This document shows positions 12,111-25,513 of a stretch of 64,000 nucleotides of DNA, one piece after another; within the stretch, counting starts at the first letter, position 1; each line of letters opens with the position of its first letter. The notes under the pieces are model-generated. The model was not told the origin of the DNA. It worked only from the letters and a program-made list of their open reading frames with translations, and made no database searches. This DNA is from Podarcis melisellensis (Eukaryota), in assembly GCA_964234715.1 (NCBI GenBank), contig OZ174277.1; one strand, 5' to 3'. Position numbers and translations under genes: made by a program.

Positions 12111-12838
12111 AAGGCTTCCTGTGCAAAGCTTTTCATCTTTTGTTCTTCTAAATTCAGGGAATATTATCCCCCCTCCTCTTTCCATCACATTCCAAAGTAG
12201 CTAGGCAGAAAAAGGGTGTGTGTTTTTTCTGTTGGAGATTTTTGAGAACAATCTCTTATTTTGGCATTTTTCCTGCCATTATTTTAATTCTTTTTAGTGT
12301 TTTTCTTTCTTTTTGGATAGCCGAAACTCAATTGCTGCTCATAGCTCCAGTCTGCTTAGACTTACTGAGAGTAGCTTTATCGAATGGAAGCCAATTTCTT
12401 TTCATTGTGTATTATCTGTTTTAATATCTCTTCCTTTTCTCTCTCTCTTAATCTTTTTTGGATTGAGTTCTGCTGTATTAAAAAGCCTCTTATTACAGCT
12501 TTCGATGCATGCCATACTACATTCAGGTCCACTCCTTTATTTAGATTTAATTCAAAATAGTCTGTTAATGTCTTTTGCACATTCCCCAATATTACTTTAT
12601 TGTCCAACAGTCCATCGTTCAGTCTCCATCTGAATGAGGTCTCTTCCTTTCCTTTCAACTCCATTGTTATCACATTATGATCTGAGAGAGTTCTCGGAAG
12701 AATTTCTGATTTTATTGCTCTTAATGACAAATCTCTGGAAATCCAAATATAATCTGTCAGTCCTGTGCTTTGATTTGGGTCAGAGAAGAAACTGAATTGT
12801 TTCTCTAGTGGGTGTTTTAGTCTCCATATATTAACATG
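12110..12838 (-). mobile_element. L1 ORF2 fragment (end of endonuclease and linker), degenerate
   Basis: DYIWIS...LSDHN...WRLN...VWHASKAVIRG in ORF 12377-12865; interrupted by the Penelope insertion. Confidence 0.85.
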
Positions 12839-13070
12839 AAAAAAAAAAAATCCTTCCAGTAGCACCTTAAAGACCAGCTAAGTTAGTTCTTGGTATGAGA
12901 TTTCGTGTGCATGCACACTTCTTCAGATACACACTGGAAATAGGCAAGACATGCACACGAAAGCTCATACCAAGAACTAACTTAGTTGGTCTTTAAGGTG
13001 CTACTGGAAGGAATTTTTTTTTGTTTTGTTTTGACTATGGCAGACCACCACGGCTACCTATCTGTAACTG
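12839..13070. mobile_element. Penelope-like element terminal remnant in inverted (hairpin) arrangement
   Basis: About 63-bp inverted arms at 12851-12913 and 12950-13012 (ttggtctttaaggtgctactgga motif); 12-bp TSD tatattaacatg at 12827-12838 and 13071-13082. Confidence 0.8.
12893..12930 (-). ncRNA. Minimal type-I hammerhead ribozyme motif (Penelope-derived)
   Basis: GUAU-CUGAAGA-A-GUGUG-CAUG-CACAC-GAAA-UC-UC-AUAC: complete catalytic core, stem I GUAU/AUAC and stem II intact. Confidence 0.7.
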
Positions 13071-13829
13071 TATATTAACATGGATAGTCTTTCAAACACC
13101 TAGCTGGTTCACTCTAACAATTGTGACACAGCTACTCAGATGATAGAAAAAGCCTTTTGATTTACAAGAAAATATTCTCATTGAGCTTGGACGAGGTAAC
13201 TAGACGAGAAAGACAGTTACAGACATGTGACACAGCTGCAAGCTATTACTGAGAAGCTGGAACAAATCAAGAGGCTGAACCAACTACTCTTATGAGGCAA
13301 AGTTACAACATAGGATTGGAAGGGAAGGTGAATAATGGGGTGCAGACATGCCAGAGGTGTATAAAAATTATGCATGGTGTGAAGGAATAGGAATTTCAGC
13401 CATTCTCTGTTTGGTTTTTGGTTGTAAAACCTGGGTTATAAAATGCTTGCCTCTATCTTGTCTTGTTCTATTACTGGCTCAGTAGTTTGGTGGAATCTAT
13501 CCCTGACAGTTTGCCAAGTTGCTTCTACATACTTGTGCCAAGATTTGTCTGTTTGCAGGACAATTAACAGTGTGGGGATGGAGGGCAAGCATGGTTCTGA
13601 TGTTCCTTTCCTCCCTTCAAGGCTGCTGTCAGAAAGTCATTTATAGAGACAGAAATGTGTCTTTTTCATAATGTGTAGATTAGCTCTAATCTAAAATTTG
13701 TGTATTAGAACATCAAAGAAGGTATTACTTGTATTTACTGGAAAAAGGCAAGACAAGAGTGCATAACTTCTCCTTAAGTCCAAAATATACAATGATGTAT
13801 TACTGACAACTAGGATGAATATAATTTAC

Positions 13830-13937
13830 CTTTACTCCCTGGAAGCCCAATCCACCCAGAACTTCCTTTTTCACCTGATGATCCAGGAAATCCTGGATCT
13901 CCAGATAAACCTTGTTCGCCAACCTGCCCTGGGAATC
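13830..13937 (-). CDS. COL4A2: COL4A2 exon (ex38 equivalent, 108 bp)
   Basis: GFPGQVGEQGLSGDPGFPGSSGEKGSSGWIGLPGSK. Confidence 0.95.
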
Positions 13938-14040
13938 CTGTAGAACAAGTAGAGAGCTATCACTAAGCAACCCTTGAATTGTTATAATATAATTCTAATG
14001 GTGGTGAAAGTGATACTGGATTTCTTACAAGAGTGAACTA

Positions 14041-14255
14041 CAGTGGTACCTCTGGTTACAGACATTTCAGGTTACAGACATCGCTAACCCAGAAATAGTA
14101 CCTCAGGTTAAAAACTTTGCTTCAGGATGAGAACAGAAATCATGCTGCGGCAGCAAGAGGCCCCATTAGCTAAAGTGGTACCTCAGGTTAAGAACAGTTC
14201 CATGTTAAGACCGGTCCTCCAGAACGAATTAAGTTCTTAACCTGAGACACCACTG
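14041..14255. mobile_element. Tc1/mariner (Tigger-like) MITE
   Basis: TA|cagtggtacctc ... gagacaccactg terminal inverted repeats. Confidence 0.8.
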
Positions 14256-14779
14256 CATTCTAAAACTCCTAATGATCTGATGTGAAAAAATCTGATTTGG
14301 TCTGTATGACTAAAAATATCTTATACAGATCATTTTAAGATGTCATAAAGAGGACACTTCATCAGTCAAATCTCCCTATGGTTAATTTAAATCCTGCAAT
14401 TTCTTATATAATATTACATTAATCCAATACTGCTTTCTTACATTGCAGTCCCACCAAATATGTCTATAATGTGTAAGATATTGTTTGTATCTCCAGCAAT
14501 ATACTGTGTATTAGAAAGCTGAAACATCTTGGAAGTCTATGTAGAAAATATCACCACAAATAAATATACTGGTAGTTGTCATTTCCCTCCTGCTGGAATG
14601 AGATCCCTTGAGTAATTAAAACCTGCAAGTGGTAAAGATATTGGTACAAACATCTTTTTCCTTTTAATGAATGCTCTTTATTCTGGGTTGCCTTAGCTCA
14701 TACAGAACTTTTTTTTTTTAATGGCAAACAGCTGATTGGAAATTATACGAAGTCTATGAAAAAGGAAGCAGTAGATAAG

Positions 14780-17700
14780 ATGGCAACTAAGAGAGAGGAA
14801 AAAACAAAACACGATATGTAAGATAAGGGATGGAGAAAGGATAGTGGAGGACCCAAAAGAGATAAAGAAGATATTTCAGAAATACAATAAGGAACTATAC
14901 AAAAGAGAAAAAGAGATAGATAATGAGATAGAAGATTACCAATTGCAACAGATCATGACTGAAGAAAGAGAATATCTAAACCAGACAATTACAGAGGAAG
15001 AAATTAGGAAAGCAATAAAAAAAATGAAAACAGGAAAAGTGCCGGGACCAGATGGTATCTCGGCTAAATATTATAAAACATTAAGTGATCAAGTTTCCCC
15101 AGTGCTATGTGAAGTCATGAATAATGTACTAAAGAAGGGAGAATTCCAAACACCTGGAAAGAAGCGTATATTACCTTAATCCCTTAAAAAGATACAGAAG
15201 GCTTAGAGGTAAAAAACTATAAACCTATCTCATTATTAAATAACGACTATAAGCTATTTGCAGGCGTATTGGCGGAAAGGTTAAAAAAAGTCTGAAATAA
15301 AAGAATCCATAAAGACCAAACGGGTTTCCCCCCGGGGAGACAATTAAAAGACAACGTAAGAAATGTGATAGACATTATTGAATATCTGGATAGTAGAATA
15401 GACAAGCAGGCGGCGTTGATCTTCATTGATGCCAAGAAGGCATTTGACAACGTCTCCTGGCGCTTCATGAAGGAAAATTTAAAAACGATGGGAATTGGTG
15501 AAGGATTTAGAAAAGGTATTGAGGCTATTTATCAAGAGCAAAAAGCCAAACTTATAATAAACAATAATATATCGGAGGCCTTTGATATTGCCAAAGGGAC
15601 TAGGCAAGGCTGTCCCTTATCTCCTTTGTTATATATAACAGTGTTGGAAGTGTTTAATAAAAGGTTAAGGGAAACACCGGAGGTTAAAGGAATTAAGGTA
15701 GGAAGTAAGGAATTCAAAATAAAAGCATTTGCAGATGACCTGATACTAACATTGGAAGATCCTAAGAACAGTTTACAATAAGCCCTACAGAAACTAGAAG
15801 AATTTGGAAAAGTGGCAGGTTTCAAGCACAATAGGAATAAGACTAAAATGATAACAAAAAATATAACCAAGGAAGATATAGTAGAGTTAGAACAAAGGAC
15901 GGGAATTATGGTTGCTAAGAAGGTAAAATATCTAGGAGTGTGGATCACAGCAAAAAATATAAATTTATACAAAGATAATTACGAGACTACTTGGAAGGGT
16001 ATCAAGAAAGATTTAGAAATCTGGGAGAGATTGGAACTTTCCTTCTTAGGGAGGATTTCGGTTATTAAAATGAATGTCCTGCCCAGAATGTTATTTTTGT
16101 TTCAAACTATACCAGTAATGAAAGGACTAAAACAGTGTAAAGATTGGCAAAGGATCTTAGCGAGATTTATTTGGCAGGGGAAAAGATCACGAATAAAAAT
16201 GAAAATACTGGTAGATAAAAAAGAAAGAGGGGGTTTTTCTTTACCAGATTTGAGTTTATATTACGAAGCGGCTTGTTTAACGTGGGTGAAAGATTGGATA
16301 AAGCTAGAGAATACTGATATCCTGGATTTAGAGGGCTTCGATAACAGGTACGGGTGGCACTCGTACCTGTGGTACGAAAAGGTGAAAGTTCATAGAGGCT
16401 TCCTAAATCATATAATTAAGGTAAAGGTAAAGGTACCCCTGCCCGTACGGGCCAGTCTTGACAGACTCTGGGGTTGTGCGCCCATCTCACTTAAGAGGCC
16501 AGGGGCCAGCGCTGTCCGAAGACACTTCCGGGTCACGTGGCCAGCGTGACATCGCTGCTCTGGCGATCATATAATTAGAGGACCATTATTTCAAGTATGG
16601 GAAAGAAATAAGAACCTGCTGGAAAGGAAAACCCCATGGTGGATCTCACCAATAGATGTCTTAACTGTCAAAAAAAACTAACATGGAGGGGGGAAAAGCT
16701 ACCTATGAAGAACTTATCAATAAAACTGATCAGTGCATAAAACTCAAGCCCTATGAGGAGGTAAAGAATGTACTCACGGGGTGGCTGCAATACCATCAAG
16801 TGAATTATCTGTTAAAAGATGTTTAAAAGAAATTGGGATTTGAAGATAAAAAATCTAAATTTAATGTGGAAGTCATAGAAGGTAAAAACAAAATATTATC
16901 TAGGATGTATGACCTCTTACTGGATTGGTATACAAAAGACGAAGAGGTGAAGGAGGCCATGATAAAATGGGCCATAGATATTGGTTACAACATTGACTTT
17001 GTAAAGTGGCAAGAACTGTGGAATGTAAATATGAAATTCACGGTGTGTACGACACTAAGGGAGAACCTCTGGAAGATGATTTATAGGTGGTATCTCACAC
17101 CAGTGAAATTGGCTAAGATTTATAAACTGAAGATTAAGAAATGCTGGAAATGTGGAGAGGGGGATGGTGAGTTCTATCATATGTGGTGGACATGCAGTAA
17201 AGTAAAAGGCTTTTGGGAACTGATTTACAACGAACTTAAATTTTTTTTTAAGTATACTTTTCCCAAAAAGCCTGAAGCTTTCCTGCTAGGAATAGTTGGC
17301 AAGGAAATCAAAAAAGGGGACAAAAATCTGTTTCTATATGCCACAACGGCCGCTAGAACTATGTTAGCCCAAAGTTGGAAAAGGGAATTAATACCTACTA
17401 TAAATGACTGGCAGACCAAGATGATAAATTATGCTGAACTAGCTAGAATAACAGGAAGACTAAGAGACCAGGATGACCAGAAGTTTCATGAAAATTGGAA
17501 CAAATATATGACGTATATAAGAGATAAGTATAGAACTTCGATGTCTTTGGCAGGGTTAGAACAACTCTAACACTGTTTGGCAAATATGTAAAGGAGATAA
17601 AACACGTAACTTTAGAAATTATCTGATACTTACCAACGAAGTGAAGGGAAGTCCGAGGCTCGGCGGAGCCCAAAATAACTGTGTATTATATATATGATTC

Positions 17701-17800
17701 TTGTAACCGCTATGTTATATGCAACATGTAATCTAGACTGTATATATGTATAATTAATGGAAAACCAATAAAAATTTATAAGGGAAAAGAAAAAAGAAAA
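14780..17800 (+). mobile_element. L1 LINE, 5'-truncated, ORF2 broken by stops, frameshifts and a SINE
   Basis: PGPDG, GTRQGCPLSPLL, AFADD and CWKC...HMWWTC motifs; AATAAA and A-rich tail; approximate TSD aaaa(g/a)aagcagta. Confidence 0.93.
16419..16565 (-). mobile_element. Sauria SINE 3' fragment inserted in L1 ORF2
   Basis: aggtaaaggtaaagg tail; 12-bp TSD atcatataatta. Confidence 0.92.
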
Positions 17801-18167
17801 AGAAAGCAGTAACCATAGGTAAGGGAGATTTCTTCCACATATGGTGGAATTGTACAAACGTTCTATAGAATTGTGTTTTCAGAACCTGGGGGTTCCCTAG
17901 TTGGTGCCTCCCACCGTTCCGAGGCATCCAGCCAGCTGTTTGGGGTCTGGTAGTGGAGCCACTGGATCCAAAGTTGGTCCATTTTCTGAAAAGGTTTCCA
18001 ATATGGGCCCCTCCGCTGCCCCTGTTTAGAGCTGGTACAGTAAAACCCCACGACCATTATTTTCCGCCCTGACTAGCAGGAGCTGAAGGCCTGTGGCTGC
18101 AGCAATGGCTTGATTGCTCCAGTCATCACAAGGTCCGAGTTAGGATTGCTCTGCTTATAGTGAAAGC

Positions 18168-18320
18168 CAGTGCTTTTTGTTCTGGGGGAACGCAGGGGTA
18201 CGCATACCCCTAAACATTCTGTGACTCTAAGTTTGGCCTCATTGAGAGGCAGTATTTCAATATGAGTAGGAAAAGGAGAGTACTCCTAAACATTTTTTTA
18301 GAAAGAAAAAAAAAGCACTG
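18168..18320. mobile_element. hAT-type MITE
   Basis: TIR cagtgcttttt / aaaaagcactg; perfect 8-bp TSD gtgaaagc. Confidence 0.85.
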
Positions 18321-18384
18321 GTGAAAGCAGAACAGGGGTTAAAAAATGCCCTCATAGCCAAATTGACTTTGTTTGAATGGACTA

Positions 18385-18739
18385 CAGTGGTGCCTCGCTA
18401 GACGAAAAGAATCCGTTCCGCGATTCTCTTCGTCTAGCGGTTTTTTCGTCTTGCGAAGCAAGCCCATTGACAGCTTAGCGGATTAGTGCTAGAGCTGTCA
18501 AGCGGCTTCCAGCGATCAGCTGTTAAGCGGCTTATCAGCGGAACAGCTGATAAGCGCCTTAGCGGCTTAGGAAAAGGGCAAAAAAAGCAAAAAAAACCCG
18601 CCGGGGGACGCAAGATTTTTTCGTCTTGTGAAGCAACCCCATAGGGAAATTCGTTTTGTGAAGCGCCCCCAAAACAGAAAACCCTTTCGTCTAGCGGGTT
18701 TTTCGTCTTGCGAGGCGTTTGTCTTGCGGGGCACCACTG
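18385..18739. mobile_element. Tc1/mariner (Tigger-like) MITE
   Basis: TA|cagtggtgcctcgc ... gcggggcaccactg|TA; same family as 52823-53618. Confidence 0.88.
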
Positions 18740-18928
18740 TAGTTTAAACTTAAGAATATGCATCAAGTATCAGCATCTGTTTTAAAGTATATAATGAAAA
18801 AGCATTCAGTATCCAGTATTGCTTTTACTTTGCTGTATTTTTAATCAACACTTTCTTATTCATTTTTAATGTATTTGTTTAAAAAGTGTTTTATATAAGC
18901 ACATTATATACAAAATAGGAAATCCCAC

Positions 18929-19036
18929 CTCTTTGCCCTTGCAATCCAGGGGAGCCTGGGGAGCCCCTCATGCCCTGAATGCCAGGAAAACCTGGAACAC
19001 CAGCATCACCTTTTCCTCCTTTGGCTCCTTCTACCC
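18929..19036 (-). CDS. COL4A2: COL4A2 exon (ex37 equivalent, 108 bp)
   Basis: [36 protein letters not shown]. Confidence 0.94.
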
Positions 19037-20511
19037 CTGCAAAAAACAAAGAGAAATATTTATTGTTCCTCTCCCCCTTATTTGCCTGTATCGCTAAACC
19101 ATATCCTTTTAAAACAGATTTTTAAATTTATCCTTTTATCTTTTTAAAACAATTTTGGAATTAGATGATTTTTGAATTTATCAGAAACAATTCAAATGCT
19201 GTTATATTTCTGTTCCCTCCTAACTGCCCTATCAACTGTGCTAAAAAGTTTAATTGGAAAATAGTGAAGCAGAAAAGGTCAATAATTTACCATTAACTAA
19301 CACTCTGCACAGATTTTTTATCCATTCCCTAAAACCAATATCTTGTATTGAATTATTTTTTAATAAGACACACTGTGGTAGTTAATTTTCCCTTCTTTAC
19401 AAGTTTCCCGTTAATGTTGTTATCTTGGTGAAATTGTTGCCATGTTGGAACCTGTTTTATATTTGAGCTTTTCCCCAGTCAATAGGAATGTTTTTAACCA
19501 ATGGATATTTATCAATATACTGTAGCCAATATCTTGAGTTTTTTAAAGATATCCCAGATCATGTTGCTCTTGTACTTTCAAAAGCTCTGAAAACTAGGAA
19601 ATAAATTCCAAAATAGTTTGCCACCTCCTTGCACCATATACAACAAAAAACTAAATACTTAAATACAAGTCTTCAGATATAATTTTTTTACATTTTTTAT
19701 GCTTAAACTTTACCGTAATGCTGTGTTTATATGTTATTAGCACTGGATTTCGGGCAGATATCAGCGGTTAGCCTCCCACCGCCCATGTGCTGAGCCAAGG
19801 AGGCATAAAATAATGATAATAAGTAGAATAAAACCTCTATTTACCTACTGAGAGGATCCATAAAAAGCAACTGTACCAAAAGGAATTATTGTGGAAAAAT
19901 AAGGGTACCATATTAGCAGAGTCCGCCCCTGTATGTATGTCACTATTTTGCTATTTCAGAGGTTCAAAGCATCAACCAAGAGTGAGACCTAAAGTCACTG
20001 GGTAGACTTAGGCCATTAACTTCAGTATTTTGTATTTCAGTAGGGCATGCACCCCACAGCACCAGCACTACCAGTGTAAAAGCCAACCTTTGTCTTACTA
20101 CAAGTTGATAATCATCAGGCTGTGAGAAGAGAAGACTAACTGGGTTCCTTTTCTTGAGCTTGATGGTCTTTCATATAACCTGGTCCATAGTTGTTTAGAG
20201 CTTTGTAGGTAATCAACAAGACCATAAAACTAGCTCAATGGTGTGATATGTGGCTGGGAAGGAGCACATCTTAGCCACCACCTGGGCCAAGGTACTTTGT
20301 ACCAGCTGCATCCCTCTGGACCAACCACACCCCAGATCTCTCATAGAACGTGTTACATGATATTACCAGTGCATGAGTCTCAGTGACGAAGCAATCCTTG
20401 TCCAAGACATGATGAAGTTCTCACAACAGTCAAAGCCGGTAACAGGCGCTGTTTGCCACAAACTATTTTGCATTATGAATGAATGCATGTGTATACACAC
20501 ATGCAAAATAC

Positions 20512-20586
20512 CTTTGACTCCAGTTATGCCAGCATCTCCTTTTGAACCCACTCTTCCTGGCAAGTTTATAGTATCTCCCCAATCAC
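20512..20586 (-). CDS. COL4A2: COL4A2 exon (ex36 equivalent, 75 bp)
   Basis: GDWGDTINLPGRVGSKGDAGITGVK. Confidence 0.95.
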
Positions 20587-21170
20587 CTGTAAGAGGCAAA
20601 AAATTGAGATAATACACACTCACATAGATTTATATACACCAAGATCATCTGTTGAACATCTTTTAATGTGAAAATTCTAAACTCTATAATGCAACTCTCC
20701 ATTTACGTGCTTTCAATATGTGCACGACTGCACAATCACAGACCCACCCATCACGCTGAACCCAGAAGTGACCCAAAAAGTCACAAAAACATCAGAAATG
20801 GGTCAGAACAGGGTGTTTGCAGGCCTTTTCAATGGGGTTTCAAATATACGCAATTTCACTGATGTGCACGGTGCCTCAGAACATTACCCCCACTTAAATG
20901 GGGGGGGAGGGTGGTTGCCTGTATTATTTTCTCTACAATATATACTTCCATTTTGACTTCATCTAAAGAATGAAAAGATATGAGAAGTCAAGATCAGTAA
21001 CTCTCAAGAATGAGAGAAATATTTCCTTGTACTAGACTGGGTCACGAGCAGGAGCCTTTCATTTTATACACAAATCTGTCTGTCTGTCTGTCTGTCTGTC
21101 TCTTTGTGTGTGTCTGTGTGTGTGTTTTACATACACATAGCTTAGATGTACAGAATATAAATGGACTCAC

Positions 21171-21234
21171 CAATTTCCCCAGGCTGGCCACTTTCGCCAA
21201 AAATACCATCAATCCCTGGAATTCCCTTTTCCCC
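21171..21234 (-). CDS. COL4A2: COL4A2 exon (ex35 equivalent, 64 bp)
   Basis: GEKGIPGIDGIFGESGQPGEI; phase 0 start, phase 1 end. Confidence 0.93.
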
Positions 21235-22170
21235 CTGTCACATAGTTAAAAAGAACATCAAGCTTTCAAGCATAATAAATACTAACCAACGTTTTCGTTC
21301 TCTCTGGACTTCCTCCTCAACTATCCAAATTTGTTTTTCTGTCATAAATCTTGAAACTGTACTCTTGTTGAACACAGTGTGCACCTGAAACCAACTTTAT
21401 TTAAACTAAAAAATAACTCAGGGGTGGGGGACTATATCTACTTGGTGGGCTGGATACTAACCTCACCCAACTCCAGTGGACCATTTTGACTGGGTGTGGG
21501 GTTGCCCACCTGTCAATCATGACACCACAATGACACTGGGTGATATGCTTTCCTTTGCCAGGGCAGTCTGAAATCAAAGCAGTATCTGCAAACCCTCCTT
21601 TCAGCAGGGAACCATGGAAAGAATTTAATTTCATGCCAAGGCAATTATTTTGTCAAGGAAAGCCTTGTGGTTTGCCAGATGGAACTATCTTGGAACTATC
21701 TCTACTCTTATGCCCCTGAGTTCTCTTGACCCCATTCTGAGCCAATTTCACGGGTACACAAGGGGGAAGAGAGGAGGGAAACCTCACTGCGCAAAAAGAG
21801 CTCCTCAAGCAGGATGCCTGCTGACAGGACTCATTACCTGAATCCTGCTTAGTGTCTTTACTTGCCCCACACCTGATGTCATATATGTCAAGTGTCAGGC
21901 AGGTGAGCATGGCTTTTGGGAAATGTCCTCATGGACCTAGTTAGGGCTCTTGCTAGACTCAATTAGGCCTGCAGGCTGGAGCCCCCATTCCACCCAAAAT
22001 AAAGGAATCAAATACATTATTCACATGCACTGCATAATCTAGTCTGCTTTTGGTGAATTTACAGAATTTGTTTTTTGAGGTTCTGGCATTTTGCTTTTCA
22101 AACTACTAAAGGAAACATACCAGAGATAACAAAACTTGGTAGTTTGAGTCAAACAACAAAATCTGCTCAC

Positions 22171-22352
22171 CCTCCTTCCCGTTGCTCCAGGGAAACCGGA
22201 AATACCACGACCTCCTGAGACACCTATATATCCTGATATGCCTTTTATTCCTTTAATTCCATAGTCACCTTTCTGACCTTTTTCATAACCTGGAAAGCCA
22301 GGTGAACCTGGCCTTCCTGTCTGCCCAGGGTAGCCTAGTGCTCCTTTTGTGC
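22171..22352 (-). CDS. COL4A2: COL4A2 exon (ex34 equivalent, 182 bp)
   Basis: GTKGALGYPGQTGRPGSPGFPGYEKGQKGDYGIKGIKGISGYIGVSGGRGISGFPGATGRR. Confidence 0.95.
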
Positions 22353-22512
22353 CTGTAGGAAACACAGTTCAAAATGTTAAGTTAGACTGAACCGGGCAAG
22401 TAGCTGAACTTCAGCAAAGCAAATGTTGGTTTCAGCTGCCTAAAGTATTCATTATGGGGAATGAAGCCCTCAGCTGCATTCTGCTAATTAACTACCACTA
22501 AAAATTGCACTG

Positions 22513-22838
22513 GGATGCGGGTGGTGCTGTGGGTTAAACCACAGAGCCTAGGTCTTGCCGATCAGAAGGTCGGCGGTTCGAATCCCCGTGATGGGGTGAG
22601 CTCCCATTGCTTGGTCCCTGCTCCTGCCAACCTAGCAGTTTGGAAGCACAAAGTGCAAGTAGATAAATAGGTATCGCTCCAGCGGGAAGGTAAACGGCAT
22701 TTCTGTACGCTGCTCTGGTTCGCCAGAAGCGGCTTAGTCATGCTGGCCACATGACCCAGAAGCTGTACGCCGGCTCCCTCGGCCAATAAAGCGAGATGAG
22801 CACCGCAACCCCAGAGTCATCCCTTTACCTTTACCTTT
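22513..22838 (+). mobile_element. Sauria SINE
   Basis: A and B boxes; ACCTTT tail; TSD aaaattgcactg. Confidence 0.92.
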
Positions 22839-23067
22839 TAAAATTGCACTGTTAGGGGTATATATATTTCTATATCATTTTGTGGTCATTTCCTATTATT
22901 TATAATCTGAATAAGTGCTTTAGAATGTGTGCATTATGTAATACAGAATGAAATGTTTGTAAATAAAGATTAAATTCTCATTTGCTTCATGTGACTAATA
23001 TTCAAATGCTGTAACATCAGTTTGTAATATATTATACTCCTTTTCTGAATATGGCATTGCTCCTTAC

Positions 23068-23193
23068 CTTTGAAACCAAAGCTCCCTTGGGCACCACTTT
23101 CTCCTTCATTTCCCTTTTCGCCTTTCACATCAAGCATCATACTTGGCATGATTTTAGGGGGTGATCCTGGTGGGCCACGGTCACCACGGTCAC
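23068..23193 (-). CDS. COL4A2: COL4A2 exon (ex33 equivalent, 126 bp)
   Basis: [42 protein letters not shown]. Confidence 0.95.
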
Positions 23194-23247
23194 CTATTAA
23201 GAACACATTATTTATCCAGACTGCCATGTCAATATAGAAAACTGTTT

Positions 23248-23400
23248 GCAGGGGTGGCCAAACTTTTTTCAAAGAGGGCCAGATTTGATGAAGTGAACAT
23301 GCGTGAGGGCCGACCAAAGTTGTTGATTTTTATATATATATGTATTTTTGGGATTTGACCCCAATGAATAAAATGCCACAGGGGGCTGAATTAGGCTGGT
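23248..23400. mobile_element. hAT-like MITE fragment
   Basis: caggggtggccaaac terminus typical of hAT elements; other end not clear. Confidence 0.45.
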
Positions 23401-23529
23401 TTACAGCATCGATCCATCCTTACAATTTAAAGGCAACACATTTAAGAGGATCGGAAAGGTAAGAATGCTTTGTCTCCTTAAGTGTATCCTTCTTTTATGA
23501 AGTGATTGTGATCAGCCCTTCTAATGTGC

Positions 23530-23680
23530 TATAGTGGCGAGATGGTTGTACTGGAATCAAGGAGACCTCGGTTCAAATTCCTACTCAACCATGAAACTCT
23601 CTGGGGAATCTTGGTCTCTTTCAGCCTTACCTGAAAGCCTAACCTCACAGAGTTGTTGTGTGGGTAAAATTTGAGCAGGA
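23530..23680 (+). mobile_element. Old tRNA-derived SINE
   Basis: tagtggc...ggagacctcggttcaaattcc (A/B-box-like) followed by cctaacctcacagagttgttgtg core. Confidence 0.5.
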
Positions 23681-24268
23681 AATAATACTAATACTTCATT
23701 ATTTACATCTTCCTACCAATGTACTAAGGGTGTCTTACAACAGAATATACAGAATAAAATACAGTAACAAAAAAAGCATACATTAAAATACAGTGAGCAG
23801 AAGACCACTGCCTTGAACTCCTTGCAGGGGGGTGATTTTTTTTATTTTAAAAAACCTAAATAAATGATTTAAATAATTGTTCTCAAAAAAGTATATGAGA
23901 ATGTAGCAATGAGGAGTGCAGCCCAGCAGCTACTCCCTTTCTAATCATAGTCCTGAGATTTTGTTATGAGAGAGCAGCCAGGGGTCTTTCTGCTGACTAA
24001 TGAAGGTGAAAGCAAGTCCCTCTGGAAACTAAGGCAGTAATAAACCTTCCCTGCTTGATGAACGCCAAGCTTTACTTACCAGCAAAAGCCAGCAATAGAC
24101 TGAAAACACAGTAAGCTGTAAGATTAAAGCTACCAAGAGAATTTTTCTTTATAAAGAGGACAATTATATTTCACAACCTATTTTTTTCAAACTGCTTTAC
24201 AGTTGTGTATGAACACATCTCGCGCACACTGAGAGACAAGCAATACTTCACAATGTGAAGGACAATAC

Positions 24269-24412
24269 CTTTCAATCCCGAGTCACCAGGTAAACCTCGA
24301 ATCCCTGGCAAGCCAGTGAAGCCAGGCTCTCCTTTGATTCCGTTCTGCCCTGGCCACCCTCTGACGCCTATCGCACCTTTGAAACCTCCAATTCCAGAGG
24401 AACCTTTAGCAC
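24269..24412 (-). CDS. COL4A2: COL4A2 exon (ex32 equivalent, 144 bp)
   Basis: GAKGSSGIGGFKGAIGVRGWPGQNGIKGEPGFTGLPGIRGLPGDSGLK. Confidence 0.95.
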
Positions 24413-25082
24413 CTGTTGGTGGAAAACATAAAAGAGAACTATTCATGTTCACAGAAATGGGGATTAATTTCTTTTTCCTACTTTGTTCTAGGGTTCTAAA
24501 TGTAAACTTTTCTATTTTAAAATACAAATGCAAAAGTAAGCAATAGGTTAAGGCACCTGCCCTGCATCCTGAGGGCCCCATGTGTTACAGGAAGGACTCC
24601 TGCCAGAAAACGCAGGGCAGCCACTGCCAGTCAGGACAGATAATATAGCGGGAGACTGTACGCTGAGTCAGATACCAATGGCCTGACTCAGTATAAGGGA
24701 TTCCCAATTTTTATATTATGGTCATTAAAACCTAAGCAAAAGAAGAACCAAACCAGTATCAATACTATTTATTTATTTATTTATTTATTTATGCACGCAT
24801 TCTATCTGGATACTGCCCTTCATCTGTACATCTCGGGGCAGTTCACGACATAAAAATACAATATTAAAAACATATATTAATCATGATTAAATCATATTAT
24901 GTAAGATTAATGCATAATCAATACATGATAAAGATAAAGTAAGAGCAAAAACAAACAAATAATGCCCCCTCCTACAACACATTTTAAAGTGTACTGGATC
25001 TTTATTATCCAAAGGGATGGAAGAGGAATGTTCTCTCCTGGCACCTAAAGTTGTACATCAAATCGAAATCGAGTCAAGTAGG

Positions 25083-25513
25083 TATTAGAATTCCTGCTCC
25101 ATGATTGTAGTCATGGGATTGTTGTCTATCACATGACAGTATATGTTTTGACTCCACAGAGTGGGAAGTGACAGAGACAGGATGTTTGTGTTACTGTGTT
25201 CCGTGAAGTGGGACTATTGTCCTTTGTTCTTTCTCTTTGTTGCCTGATGCTAGAGAGAGGGAGCCATGTTGCAGTGCTCCATGTGTTTCTATGTAAATAA
25301 AGTAGATTAGCCAAAATGCTGAGTTGCTGAGGTCTATTATGCAAGCTGCAAAGACTCGCGGATCCCTAAGTGTGCCGATGTCTGTTGGCTGTGATGTTTG
25401 GGCAGAAGAAAGCTTTTGAAGCTACAGAACTAAAGACCAGGCGAAAGAGAACATGCCAGTCGGGCATGTGTCTCTGCCAGGGTCCTACTCGAGTGTAGGA
25501 CGAGCTCCTGACA
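25083..25513 (+). mobile_element. Probable solo LTR (decayed)
   Basis: About 430 bp with internal AATAAA and ...ctcctgaca end; flanks only partly match. Confidence 0.4.
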
